Positions 24,170-37,671 of a DNA stretch of 56,296 nt are shown here, piece after piece. Numbering within the stretch: position 1 is the stretch's first letter; every line of letters starts with the position of its first letter. This stretch comes from Basidiobolus meristosporus CBS 931.73. Lineage: Eukaryota > Fungi > Basidiobolomycota. A program made the position numbers and the translations under genes. Location of the stretch: positions 1-56,296 of the forward strand of contig MCFE01000580.1 of assembly GCA_002104905.1 (NCBI GenBank). The letters are read 5' to 3'. The notes beneath the pieces were generated by a model. It made no database searches. It was given only the letters and a program-made list of their open reading frames with translations, and had not been told where the DNA came from.

Positions 24170-25255
24170 TTAGAAATAGCTATGGGGTCTACCGGGTTTC
24201 CGGTAAGATGTGTGTTCCCGGCATGATGGGACGTATTCTCGTGGATATGACGGAAAAGATGGGGGTGGTGCGAAGTAGTAACTCTGCCTGAGCATATAGT
24301 CGTCAGGGACAGGCATATACATCCCCGGCGAATACGGATTCCCGCTTGGTACGACTCCGACCGGAAATCCACCGTAGACGAAGCTTGGCGGGCAGTTGCC
24401 CATAAATGAAGCGGCTCCGTATCGCTTGTGAGTGATCGTTTGGCGCTGAGGCCAGTATGTTCGCTTGTGAGAACCCAGTTAGATATTGGTTGATGCCATG
24501 CTATACGCTTGATAAGACAAACCTTAATTTGAGGATCTTTGGGCGGCACCGGGGGCTTTGGCAGCTTTTTACGGTTCCCTCGACTCTCGGAGGGGCTCGG
24601 AATTGCTGGGAGGGGTTTGTTGGCTAAATATGCGGGGTCCAAGGACATATGCTTAGGGTGGGCTCTTGAGCTGATGGCTTTGTTGGGCGGAACAGCAGGA
24701 TAATGGGCAACGTAGGAGCCTCGAGTGACCAAGGGTCTTGGATTGTATGAGCCATCCTATTTGGATCCATTAGCATGTCATCGGAAACTTCTTCAAGCTC
24801 GTCTTACCGAAGGGTAAAAGGTAAGCTCCAGATAGATCTCGCCTGCCGGAGAATCTCGATTTTTAATCATAAACCAGCCTAAATAAGATGAAATCACTTA
24901 GTAACCATATGGGGAAGCCCCTCGATAGATTTAGCTCACCGTCGTACTGATGATTTTTCAGGACTGGGTCTAGCAGGATCTCCGTTTGGCCGATGTGCGA
25001 GTCATGAACTGGGTTTTTGTCTATGCACTTGACCAGCAGCTCCCGTTCATTGTTGAGATCGAATTTCACTGCCTGCCCCCAGGTGGGCCTCTGGCCACCG
25101 TTATTGTCCGTATTAGTGCGCTGATTCTCGTCGCCTAGATGGAATTCCAGGTATGGGTCCTGTTTCCCAATCCTTTGGACCACAGTCAAATCTCGACCAC
25201 CACAAGCACGCACCACCAGGAGCCCGGAAGTCTCTTTCAGCATGTGCTTAGCCAT
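24170..25255 (-). CDS. C2-domain protein with Pro/Tyr-rich tail (Fic1/Inn1-like architecture; multi-exon)
   Basis: GLLVVRACGGRDL..GKQDPYLEF..TDNNGGQRPTW..D/GWF..AGEIYLELTFY after splicing; PxxP-rich segment (KPLPAIP, KLPKPPVPPK). Start could be 25255 or 25243. Confidence 0.75.
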
Positions 25256-25861
25256 ATTTTTGAACCAACCCCGATTCGGCACGATAATGCGTGTGGGAAG
25301 CGTCCTTCCAATTCAGTAAAGTCAAGGTGAATGAGTCCAGCTGCGTCGCCTAACTACAGTGATTCCAGAAGGAAAAGCAATATCAATTCAGCGCCGATGA
25401 AAGAGTATCCCTCGAATGTTGCCAAAGGTGATGCCAATGATGGGACGTGCTTTTACTGTCGGTGAGATGTGAGGCGTAGCCCTTACCAGTGCATTTACAT
25501 GTCTAGAATGGTTTGATCTATGATCTGGCGATCCCTGCTTCAAACAAGTGCCAGACAAACATTCAACTAGGACTGAGATGATGTAACAGAAGTGCAGCGT
25601 GTGCGCAATTGGATTTTTGTAACGGTTTCTTATTGTCATCCCCCTGTTCAATTAATACTGTTGCCACTAAACACATTTGTCTAGATGTCACAGGGGATTG
25701 TTGAAAGAGTGGGGCGCATGCTTCATGATCATTACATAGATGCTGGCTTGGCCAAAACTAGATGCAGCAATTCTCCATGAGATAGAATACAGGGGAAAGA
25801 ACGATATAAAAATATTGTGGTGGATTATGTTTCATCAGTCGAAAGACTCCCAGCTCTATGA

Positions 25862-28800
25862 TCATGGGGTGGAATTGACGACTTTTTGTGCAAGTGTTTG
25901 TACAATTGTCTCCGAAAGCTTATTTAATTTGGCGTGCAGCTGAGCAAGTGTGCTATATCATCGGAAGTTCAGGTTAGTACGAACGCTCTCCATAAAGAGC
26001 ATCAACCAACTGACCTTGGAGAAGTCTCTTCAAGTAAATCCCTGGATTCTAGTAGCTCGTTAATATACCCCAATAGCCTCTCGACCCCGTTGTCTTCAAC
26101 GTGACGCAACGCGCTCAACTCACGGAGATCGAATTTCGGTGGGGGAAGTAGAGTTGGTTTAGGGCTCTGATCCCTGAGTGTGGGCGACTGAAAATTGGAC
26201 TTGTAAACATGAGTGAAATTCAGAAAAGAGATCTAGCCATATTACTGTATTCTCCAGGTTCGCTGGCGTATCAGCACTAATTTTTACACATCTCAGGCGC
26301 TTTGTGGGAGTTTCTGGCTCATCATCTAATCTCGAAGCTTCAGTTCAGTGTTTGATGATCAATCCAGCACCCTTCTACTTACCTGCATCCAACTGCGAAC
26401 TTCCCGCCAAAGACGATTGATTTTGGATGCACGGAGTGTTCATGGTTGGACTCTTAAAGGGGGTGGATGCTTTGCGTTTTCCTGGTTCAGAAGGTTTCTA
26501 GCTGATTAGAGATGTACATGGTGAATTTTACCCGATATATCTACCTTTCCAATAAACAGGTGTTCCACTGCCAATGCCGTCTGGTATTGCTAAGAGAGCA
26601 TTTTTTACGGCAGAATATTTCCCCTGATTCAGTTTTTCTGAATCCCTTCGAAATTGCTATGATAGGCATGTTCAGCATGAAAAGGATTGTACAATGTAAC
26701 GAGTCGCGCATTACCTCCATTTGGTTGATCTGAACTCGAGCACCATGTGAAGGAGTGCCCTCCAGCTCATTGTATTCGGCAATCGCTGCTGGCGAAGCTG
26801 TAAACAGTTTTAGTACTGAGCAACAGAGGCCAACAGAATATATACCAACCAAGTTTCTTCTTGGGAGTCCGTGGTTTAGGGCGTATAGCCGGACTCTCTG
26901 GGGTGACCTCTCTTCTGAATTCGACTTTCTCACAAATGGCATCGGACTAAGTAAAAAGCGACGGATAAGCCCTTTGCGAATAATCAAATAAGCATGTCTG
27001 AGTTTTACCTTGCCGTTTTCATCCGCTCCATTGAAACACTATCAAATTGTATTGTTAGCTTCAGTTACTGGATCTTCAACAATAGTTTGTACTAACATTG
27101 GATCGTAGGAGTGGCTGCAACGAAAGCGGAACATCGTCCGGGGAGCACTGATCAAGGAATTTTTTCAGATACCGAGCAGATGTTGTTTTGATCTGTTCGC
27201 GGCTACTATTGGCACCAGCAATGAGCAGAGTTGATAGATGAAAAAGTGCATCTTGGGTGGTTAGATCAGGTAAACTGTTGACGCGTTCTAAGGCAGCACC
27301 CCAAAGAACATCGATCTATTATGGCGAGAATTAATACTAGGCTGCGAAGGATTTAGGAAGCAGAACGGACGAGTACCATCTTATAATAGCTCTGCTGATC
27401 CTCAGGACACTGGCCTAGGATATGGCCATCTTCATCTTGAAGCCATTTGCTAAATCCTTGGGTCAGATAATCCATCACTGTGATGTAGCTGGTTCTACTG
27501 GCTTTGTTAATGGTATCCGTAATGGAGGAGAACAGGCCTTCGGTTAGGGTAACAATGTGGTGAGGCTCGGGAAGCGTCTGATCGAGTGAGTCATAGAGCT
27601 TCTGGAATAAAATGCCGCAAATAATTCCAAGAATTTGCGAGGGACTAGACAGAAGAATGATTTAACAACTGATTATTCTGCTGAAAAGTATTTTCCTTTG
27701 TGAAACCTCAATTCTTTGGCCGAGTGCTGGTTATCGGGGATTGTCTTGCGGAAAAGTTGCACGCCAGGAAGTACGTTGGTCATAGTACCGTTTTCGAAGC
27801 TTAATGTGTTAAGAAAATGCCGGGTGATCTCGACATACAACATCAACACTCTGAAAATGGCATAGTATCGTATATGCATGTGAGTGGTTGTTGCTAACGA
27901 AGTACCAGAAAAGAAACGTACCCAAACGAGTCGGAGTCTTCCATCTGCAACCAAAGTTGTGAGATCAGTTGGTGGATGTAAAAGACTTTATCTGCAGATT
28001 TGCTCTCTATGACGCGATGGAAGCAGTCAAACAGCTCTTTCCATAGCGTGACATACTCTTCCTCCAAGAACACAGGGCTTTTGCCTGCAATTCTACAAAC
28101 AATGTTACTAAGAGGAAGTATTGAGGCTAAAATGAAATGCAGCACACCGAATAGGAAACATAAATGCCTCGTAAATGACCTCATGGCTATCATCGGCAAA
28201 GGGATTGAGATCCTCGGAAATTGTGTTGGATTCGTCAATATGGTAGCATAGTCCCTTAACTAGAAGACATGGTTACTATTGGCTTGAACAATCATTGGAG
28301 ACAACTTCGCACTTACCGATATATGACCAAGCTACTAGCACATCCTCATCAGAGCCGGACAAAGATAATAGCCCGAAAAACGATGAGAATACATCCAGAA
28401 CTGCGGGTCCATTCTGGGAAATCTCAATAAAATGTCCGTACATCTCCCAGTAGGTTTTGACTAGCTGAGGACTTAGCGTACGACTAAAGAGATCCGTCCA
28501 TACTTTGGCGATGTACACTAATAAGAAGAGATAACAATAAGCGATAGCTCCGGATGTGGGTTGCGCTCGATAGTTACCAATAGGAGTGACCACCATGCTA
28601 ATTGATAGCTGCTTTCGCATTTTGTCTCCCAGGTTGGACGGCGCATTTTCTGATATAGCAACTGACAGTCTCTTTTCTTCCTCGTTCATTCGATACTTGG
28701 TCAAAACCAAAGTACGGGGGGTAAGTGACTGTAGTAATCCTTTGATCATATAGTACACAAGCTCAAGCTTCTGGTCCTCAAAGTTGGTTTGATCTACATT

Positions 28801-31421
28801 GGAGGTTTAACTTAATTGATTCATGGAAAAACGGTGAGAGATCTATATAACCTGTATCCATTGCCGAGGAAGAGATCAATGACGAGCCCTCTATCGCCGA
28901 TACTTGTGAAATGAAGTGGAGCGATTGATGAACACTCTGAATGCCCTCCATAGATGGATTGACCTCTGAGATATGTACACGAGTTAGGCATTCTGCGGAT
29001 TCGATAGGTAACCAGAGAACATACCTTTTTGAAGCAAAACCTCCATGATGTGTAATAGATGTATCCAAATATTGTTGATTGGTTTCTATATGGCGATTGA
29101 TTAAAATGCATACTGTGTTATAAGCACGAAAGCTCAATTTACCACTAGAACTTGTTTATCCGTCAACAAGCTATTAACCCATTCAGCCGAATGGGTCCAT
29201 TTGGCTTGGTTATTTAGCCCCACCAACAACATGTCTAGGAAGTACTTGATGTTGGACCGAATCCATTTTGGATCTTTTCTGCTGATCATGTCTGGAGTAA
29301 TGTTGTCCAGTTGTATGAAGCTGAGGGAGTCAGGCAAGGCGGCATTCGGAGCTAGCATAAGGGGTGAGCTGAAAGGCGCACCTCACCGACAGTCTCTGTA
29401 AAAACTCACCTCTCCCTTCCCAGCTTAGCAGGCTATCAACAATACTGAATCCTAGCTGGCGAATATCCTCCGCATCGTCTGACAAAGTGAATTTAATCAC
29501 AGGGACAAACACCTTTTCGAAATACTAAGTTCGCCAATGAGTGAGCAAAGACTCTCCACGGAACACGAGCATATCAACGGTATACCTTTGTTAGGGAGTC
29601 GCCGAATATGTACACAAGCCCAATCCAGGTTTTCAGGCAAGATAGCTTGACATTCTTGTTTTTTTCGTAATTAAAGCTAGAGTTGGAGGGTAGAAATTAG
29701 ATATAATCGCTGGGCTACTTCCAAAAGCTAAACATTACGAACCAATTGAGCAATGGCACCATGATAAGCTTGATACGCTTGTCGTGGAACAGGTGACCAT
29801 TCAAAGAAAAGTTGTATATGAGGTACCTACGATATCTAGTAAGTTAACCTGTGGCGATTGTTGAACAAACTAGAGCATCTATTACTTCCAACTCTGGAAA
29901 GCTGCATATCTGACTTCAGCTTTTTTCGTATTGAAGCATTTCTATCGGTTAACTCGTATTAGCAAAAAACCGCACACCTCTAAAGACGATCGCCGAAAGC
30001 AATTACCTCCATGACTTTCAACAAAGAGTTGAGAACCGTAGTCCGGTGAAGCTTTCTGCCCAGGAAAGCAACCACAGCACCCCATACTTGAATGACATAT
30101 ATTTCTACAGTAAACGCGAAAGTTAAACATTGGCATTGATCAGGCATTGAGGTGAAGGCCTTGTTACCTTCATTTGAACCGAGCAACTCGTTCAGGTTTT
30201 GAACAAAATCGGAGAAATGAGTATTCATAAACTCCTATTACAACAGGATCGATCAGTATAAGAGCTTGTTGTGGATCAGCAAGACGCTGCGCCAATCTTA
30301 CATCTAAAATGGTGCCAATCTTATCGTGGTGCTTTATCAGATCTATCAACGACGTTTGGATCACTTGTAGTGCCTTGGCCCTCAAGCTAGATATCGGGTT
30401 GATGGAGTAGTTGATGACTGGCAGAAGCCAAGATCTGGCCTCTGAAGATGCAGCATATGGGACTTGCTTGAAAATAACATCCAATGCCTTGCAACAAGAG
30501 ATTTTAGTGACTCGCGATTGAAGGAAAGGATAAGTCCCGATTACCGTAAGTGCCTCGTTCTGGATGGTCACGGACTTATGGGTGGAACCGCTTGCAAAAA
30601 TTACTGCATCTACCAAGGTAGACGCCATCGGCGCAATAACGGTAGGTGCCATTCTCTGGACTGCTATGCACCATACTGATAGATTACATACGATCTTCAA
30701 TGAAACGATTAGGTTCAGAATCACTAGACGTTTTGAAGCGAATCGCTACCTTATCTTGCGAAGTGTATATTTTGGATACCAGAATCTTGAGTAGGTCATA
30801 CAAATCGGTGGCTACAAGAGGAAACATTAGTGCTAGCCTGACAAAGTATGAGCGCAAAAGGCTTGTAAAGGTTCTTGGCCTTACGTGAGAATAGCGATAC
30901 GATGACTGGGTGATACAAAAAGAAGCCCAAGCATCGAAGTGCAGCATGCGTTCTAAAAAGCACGGATGTGTTACTACATAGAATCTTGATGGTAGTAAGA
31001 GCGGTTGATTTCACACATACACATTCACATCAGGTGAATTGCCGATATCTCTTTTAAATACAGTGACGAACTCATTAATGTTTGCCTCGACTTTACGTAG
31101 CTGCTGATTCTCATCTTTAAGACGGAATTTGTTATGTATTGTTATATATGCGTCGACACAATCGTTAATGTCCCCCTTTCTTAGAGCTTCCAGAGCGGGA
31201 GTGACGAAATCTGAGAGTGCGCTTTGTGACTGCATCTCGTCCAGCTCCTTCAATTCTTGTTCGGTTGGTTTGGAAGGAGTTTTAAGTATACCCTTTGTTT
31301 TCTTCGGCTTGGAAGAGTCTGGAGTTGAGGTCGCGGGACCAAGACATTCACTACTAAACATAACGTGTTTGCGATTCTTGTTGTTTTCTGAGGGAATCTC
31401 TTGAGTCATAGTATGGCTCAT
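25862..31421 (-). CDS. RIF1: Rif1 (Rap1-interacting factor 1; PP1-targeting replication-timing/telomere protein; many exons)
   Basis: N-terminal KHVMF (RVxF) and KGILK (SILK) motifs, HEAT-like Rif1_N segments (AALRCLGFFL, LSVWCIAVQ, VWG..LG..LNSLLKVME/KCFN, AAFQSW), and a short C-terminal helical domain (TLAQLHAKLNKLSETIVQ..STP*). Internal exons are not fully resolved. Confidence 0.85.
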
Positions 31422-31862
31422 CAAAATGGACCGGTATCAACAGTCAGCTTCTTAACTGACAGACAAAAGAAGTTTGAAAAGGAGTAAGCCGAGTGGAGTA
31501 ATGAGAAGTGTATTTTTTTCTCTTGGGTCTCGCAGTGAACGTCACAACCAGTATGTAAAAAAAGTTCCAATAAAAATTCACTGGCTATATTAGCACTCAA
31601 AATAACATCAGTGGAATTAAAGGATAAAGTAAACAAACAAAATCCCCTGCCCTCCTACCCAACTCAAACCGAAGCAAATAGTCATTGTGAAATCAGGTTT
31701 GGCTAGGATTTTCTGATCTATCCCTCCATCACTGCCTCTTGAGGGTTCAATAATCCAAACTTTGCGTTCACGTGCCTTCGGTGGAACAACTGAATTGCGG
31801 AATAAATTCAGTTTTGTGCAGTAGCATTAAACTTCCCCGACTCGAACACGGAGGCTCTTTTT
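31422..31862. promoter_or_regulatory. Putative bidirectional promoter RIF1 / MTQ1 containing CACGTG (31769-31774)
   Basis: 441 bp between divergent start codons. Confidence 0.45.
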
Positions 31863-32921
31863 ATGAAGTTGAATATAAGTCTACCCTTTCGGGTGCAGCT
31901 GGCCAAACGTTTGCTACCCATATGCGATAATAACTTGGACAACGCGCAGCAAGAGATTCGTTGGCTTTCAGAATATGTCAAGTTGGACTTGAAAAGCAAT
32001 ACCCAGTTTGCCAATCTTCCAAAGAGTGAATTGGAACAGAAAGAGAATGAGAAACTAGAGGAGCTCGTGGCCCAAAGGGTTAATTTGCGCAAACCCTTGC
32101 AGTACATATTAGGTACTTGTGGCTTTCCTTTAATATGACAGGCTGGGAATTAAATTGCCATCTTCCTAGGGACTCAGCCATTTGGTGAGCTAGACATTAT
32201 CACAAGGCCACCGGTTCTTATACCTAGGTTAGCTAATTTCCCACCGTTTCGTACTTCCACCTGCTAATTCAAGGTTTTCTTCTTTAGGTGGGAGACAGAA
32301 GAGTGGACGCTGAAAATTGTGGACAATTTAAATGCGAACATCAACAAATTCAAAGCTCAATACCAACGAAAATTCCGAATATTAGATGTATGCTCCGGCT
32401 CTGGATGTATCGCGCTGACATTCGCTGCCATGCTACCTAGGGATACTTGCGAGGTGGTAGGACTGGATAACGCTCAACACGCAATTTCGCTTTCACAACT
32501 AAACAAGGGCCTTCTATCAGAAAAACTAAGCAACCCAGTCAAGTTCCAACTCATGGATATCCTCGACGATTCTACATTGACAAAGGTTGTTCAAGATGGT
32601 GCGTACGACTTGATTGTTTCGAATCCTCCTTACATCACTCGAGACGAGTACAGAACTCTCTCCCCCGAGGTCAAACTCTGGGAAGATCCTAACGCTTTGG
32701 TTGCAGACGATGATGGGATGCTATTCCATAAGCGTCTAGCGTCGTTATCTAGCCAGCTTTCAACCAAAATCAAGGTTCCATCAATCCCAAGGCTAGCCAT
32801 GGAGATCGGAGGGAAACATCAGGTTGAGCCGATGGTTGCCTTCTTGAAGGCCCATCATTTTGAGTCGGTGCAAGTCTGGGCTGATTTAGCTGGGCGTGAT
32901 AGAGTTATTGCTGCCCAATAA
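31863..32921 (+). CDS. MTQ1: HemK/PrmC-family release-factor glutamine N5-methyltransferase, mitochondrial type (3 exons)
   Basis: KPLQYILG/TQPFG..VLIPR/WETEEW, ILDVCSGSGCI (SAM motif I), DLIVSNPPYI, DLAGRDRV. Confidence 0.92.
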
Positions 32922-33210
32922 ACCAGTCTTATTTCCTATGACTTGTTTCATACTCATGCTTCATCATTTCTACATATACCTTACATTTTTACATTCGGTG
33001 TACAATAAATAGATCCCCTTTTAAGTACGTCGCACAGCATGATATAACCTGCAAGAAGCTGATCTTCTAGCATATTAAGTGGCAATGTGAGGTATATCGC
33101 TTGAAAGAATTTAATTGCGCGAACGCAGTGAACATGAAGAGAACAAGGATGAGGGCTTTTAGGCCATCTTACACTTAGATATGCAATAGTTGAATGACAA
33201 TATACTCGTG

Positions 33211-35667
33211 TTAAGGTTGGACGAGTTTATCCGCAGCTTCGCGCAAATCATTCAATGACTTTTTCAAGGTATCTCGGAAGATATCACTGTCCGTCTCTTT
33301 ACAGGTTCTCCAGCTAGAGATGCTGAATTTCATGTTGTTTTTACCAATAGCATAGTTCACACCATATCCCTCGGGGACTACTGGGCCAAAGCCACCATAA
33401 AAGTGGTCGCCTGGACTCATATTGGAAGTGGAGAGCTTGAAATACATGGACTTAATGTAAGATGGGTCCGAGAAAATGGTAGCCTTTTCGCGCTCCGCAT
33501 CTGTCTCAATGACTGATCGAAGTCCCAAGAGATGTCTATCAACGCCTTTACCGCTGCTTGCAGCTCCCATATACTCCAGGTGAGATTCGATAGCCTTCTT
33601 GAATAATATCAACTTCTCGCGGTCCTTCAATACTAAAGATTAGAGATTGATCTTGAAGAGTACAAAGCACAATTACACACTTCAACAGAGCTATCATCAA
33701 ATGCCTCCACAAAGGCTACACTGTCTGAAGAGCATACACGAACCGTCTCGGTTCTACCATATGCAAATGCGCGCGTCGAAGCAGTTTCGTAGGTAGGGCA
33801 GCTTTCACCATATTGTCTGTAATATGCCAGTTGAAGTGCCATCTGAACGAATGCATCTGGGCTTACTTTGACTGGGTAATCAGAGAAATAAGTATAGATT
33901 TACTTGACCAAATTCACAAGATGAATTCTTACCCTTCTTGATGAAATCGGAGCCATATCCGTTATAATGAAGGCACAAGCTTTGAATAGTCTTTATGAAT
34001 TTCTTGGCATTGGATTCGGCTGTCTTGATCGCGTCAGTTACCTCTCCGGTGACTGACCAGCGAAGTTGCACAGGAGGAGCTAGTTGTATCAAGGACATGG
34101 CTTCTTCCTTCTCATTCTCCCTAATACACTTCGTAAGCGATTGAATGCGCTCCAATAAATCACCCAAACACTTACTTCGAAACGATGTAATTGAAAATAG
34201 CACCAGGGACAACGGCATCGACAGGCGAGTGCTGGTCACGTATAGAATTGAGTGGTTAGATCCGATAAGTCCCACTGTGTTTCGACAAAACTCACCTCCC
34301 CGTTCACACCAGCAACTCCGTTGTTTGCAATGATGAACTGCAGTGGCTTATCGAACCACCTGTTCTTCGCGTCATTTCGATGGAAAATATGATGGTGGGC
34401 ATGGTCAGGGTCACCATTTGGACCGATATCATCCAGACACACTACGAACAAGGCTTCGTCAATGTCCTTTAAAGTCTGGACATTTCCTGGCAATGCTGTG
34501 AGGTCATTTCGAATCTGCAAGATTACATTTAGCAACGGTCAGATCAACTATCCCACATCTCTCCTTACCTTGCCCCACACATCTCGATGCTCAGAAGTCA
34601 GTATTCCGACTGATGGTTGTATCTCGGCTAGGTCTGAAACGAGCTTGACAACTTCGGAGAGTTGGCTAGACAAAGGAATCATTAGACGATAAGCATGGGT
34701 GTGCTAAGATAAACAGTGGTTACTCTTGAATTTGCTTCGTTGAAGCTAATTGGCCATTCTCCCCAAGGACGTTGACCTTGAAAAATTGATCCTTGGCCAT
34801 AACGATGACATGCTTTGCAGTGGCAGGATAGTTGTATACAAGTTTATCACGGGTAGTGTCGGCAATTCTGGCCGTTCCAAATATCCTTTTATACTGATTC
34901 ATGCATAATGGAGCCTTGCGGAGTTGATCCACAGGCAATTCCTGTCTAGTAATATTTTAGCAGCCGCACACTTCAATAAATACATTGTTAAACAATCTAT
35001 ACCTGTTTACTAAATCACTGAATTCTAGAACTCGTCTAACGAAGCTAGATGCTCTCTTAATTTGAGCCTCAGAAAATCCCCCCTTCTTCGCCTCAACGAG
35101 CCCTTGAGGTGGGTTGTTGAAGGTACACCACCAGTTTACGTTAAGGAGAACTGGCTCTCGATATTCCAAATAAGCCTTGTTAACCCAAATATCTTCCAAC
35201 CATGATAGCTAATCAGAAAACGCTTCCGGTCAACAGGTTTTCGCAGAATTTGTCTAGCAAAGAAACTCTGCATACCTCGGCATTTCTTTCAAGGCTAAGG
35301 AGACGGTTTTGTAGCGTCTCTCCCAAGCCGTTTGGCTTTATAAACGTGCTCACCGCTTGAGCAGCCCTCTCGAACTCTTCGCTATTTCTCAGAACTGGCT
35401 CTAAGCTTCTTAAGTACCTATCAGCCGTATCCTGTAAGTCTGGCACCGGTAATTTTGGTAGGTTGTCTTGATTTTGAAAAGTAACACCAGCCTTCTTGGA
35501 AACAAAAGTGCGATATGCAGGATATATGACACTACAGAACCCCAGATGAAATAGACTCACATGAATGCCTGCATCCAAGGGAAAGTAACGTGCGAGAGTA
35601 CTCACCGTAAGCCTGATTTCTTGGCCCGTAAGAGACTGCCAAAGGAGCGTAAAGCTAGTGCCGACAT
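33211..35667 (-). CDS. Carnitine acyltransferase with predicted mitochondrial presequence (multi-exon)
   Basis: [21 protein letters not shown] presequence, [27 protein letters not shown], catalytic [49 protein letters not shown]. Confidence 0.93.
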
Positions 35668-36232
35668 TGCAAAAGGCAGCTATAAAAACAAACAAACCAG
35701 GAGACAGTTCAATGTGACCGAAGATATATATTGGTGGCGCTTTCTAAGAGTTCAGCTTTGTCATCATAAATGATTTGGTACATTTAGGCTTGGGAACAAA
35801 TTTCGGTATTTGTATCATAATGGACTAAATGGACGTGGGTTGTAGCTCTTACAATCTTGTATCACCCGGATTATATTTACCAAGCATAATAAATGTATCT
35901 TTACTAGGACTGCTCATAGATTCACGTGAATTCAGTCCCACCTGCATGAAGTGTTCGTGATCTTGTCCATATTGTGACAATTCTCATCATGTTACTCCGC
36001 CGTGAACGACTGAGCTACCCTGCCCCCTAGTACTCGGACTGACGTGATCTGCCTGCATTATGACTGTCATGAGCGCCAAGGTCCGGTTTAATGATTCGAT
36101 TACAAATGGGGAATTTCGAGAAATAATACTACTTTAACAAGAAGTGGCCTGATTGTCCAATGAGAAGAAAAATTAAACATGGGAATAAAGAATGGTTCCA
36201 GTCATGGAAGTCCTAATATGTTTACATCTAAG

Positions 36233-37671
36233 TTATGGAATATACTGCCACACACGGACAATTCCATCATCACCACCGCTAGCGAAGATATACCCAAATT
36301 CTTCGTTAGGGTTCCAGACCACCGAATTTATATCATGGACTCCATGGGCACCCTCGACAGTTGCGACCACGTCGAATTGAATCTCTGTATCTACCAGAGA
36401 TGTCTATACGAAAGCCATAAGCTATTGGCACTTATTTTCAATGGATTAAAGATGACTGCTACCTCGGCATATATATGGATCGTATTATCATCACCTCCGC
36501 TAACCAAGTGGCCGTGATGCTTAGACCAGGAAACACTATAAATGGCACGTTTGTGGTATCCTTCCAAGGTCGTCACACATCTCCAAGAAGAAGGATTGCA
36601 GTCTGACCAATGTGGTTAGGATACACTCACATGAGATAAATTAAACCGAAACTAACCATCATCTTTGGTGAGTTTCTCGCGCTTCCAGATCCTTAAGGTT
36701 TTGTCGTCACTAGCGGAAACTGCACAACCATATTAACACGGTGGATAATGTCCAGGTTAGATACGGCCTTACCGAGGCGATCCCCTCTCGAGTCAAAGTC
36801 TACCGCCCATACGGTGGATTTGTGGCCCTCCAAAGTGGCCGTGCAGTACCAATCGTCGTCTTGCTCTTCCCATATTTTGATCGTATCATCGTAGCCAGCC
36901 GAAGCCAAAATCTAAACCCAATCTTACATTAACCATAGCTCAGATGCAGCATATCCAATGTTTTTCTACCTCCTCACTTGGGTGCCACTTGACGGTTTTG
37001 ACATCCTGACTATGCTCTTGGAGTACGGCCAAGCATTCAAAATCGTCATAGGATGCAGCTTGAATGCAAGTAAGCTACCATCCACACCAAAGCCATTTAA
37101 CACAACAACAAACCTTCCCAAATCCAAACACTCTTGTCCCTGCTACAGGTAGCAATCAAGGATCCAGTGGCGGACCAAGCGACGCTTTTAACTTCGTTCT
37201 CATGCCCTTCTAGTGTCGCTACACAATCGAATTCTATTAAAAGTGAAGATAAGATAAAGTCAGGTATTAGGGAGCTAATGAGCGAGGTTTCTCAAGGTAC
37301 TCTACCTTTACTTTCACTCTTATCCCATATCCCAGTAGTACCATCAAAGCTCCCGGTGGCTATGACCTGCCCGGAAGGGGAATATTGAACACTCCGAATA
37401 GTTCGCTCATGAAAGCCTTCAAGTAGGCCTACACAGTTCCAGCTAGCTTTTCCTGGATTGCATTCATCAGGCACCCATATCCTAACAGTTTTGTCTCCAC
37501 TACATGAAGCTAATTGAGTTCCATTAGGATTCCAGGAAACTTGCCAAACACGATCCTCGTGGCCTTTTCATAGGATAGAAGGTGGGTCAGAAAACTCCTT
37601 TAAACTCATATACCGTTGTAAAGGCCAGTTTATTTACCCTCTAACTCGGCTATCAACTCTAGTCTAGGCAT
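36233..37671 (-). CDS. CIA1: Cytosolic Fe-S assembly WD40 protein Cia1/CIAO1 (multi-exon)
   Basis: [75 protein letters not shown]; ends [16 protein letters not shown]. Confidence 0.95.

Noticed and set aside
33170-33213. Cryptic peroxisomal PTS1 by stop readthrough in the carnitine acyltransferase
   Set aside because: The stop is TAA rather than TGA-CTA, and the extension would end LLHI, not an SKL-like motif.
37564-37637. Apparent in-frame TGA (37568-37570) just before KGHEDRVW in CIA1, suggesting readthrough or selenocysteine
   Set aside because: It lies in a 74-nt GT-AG intron (branch CTGAC, acceptor AAAAG). The real first exon [12 protein letters not shown] starts at 37671.
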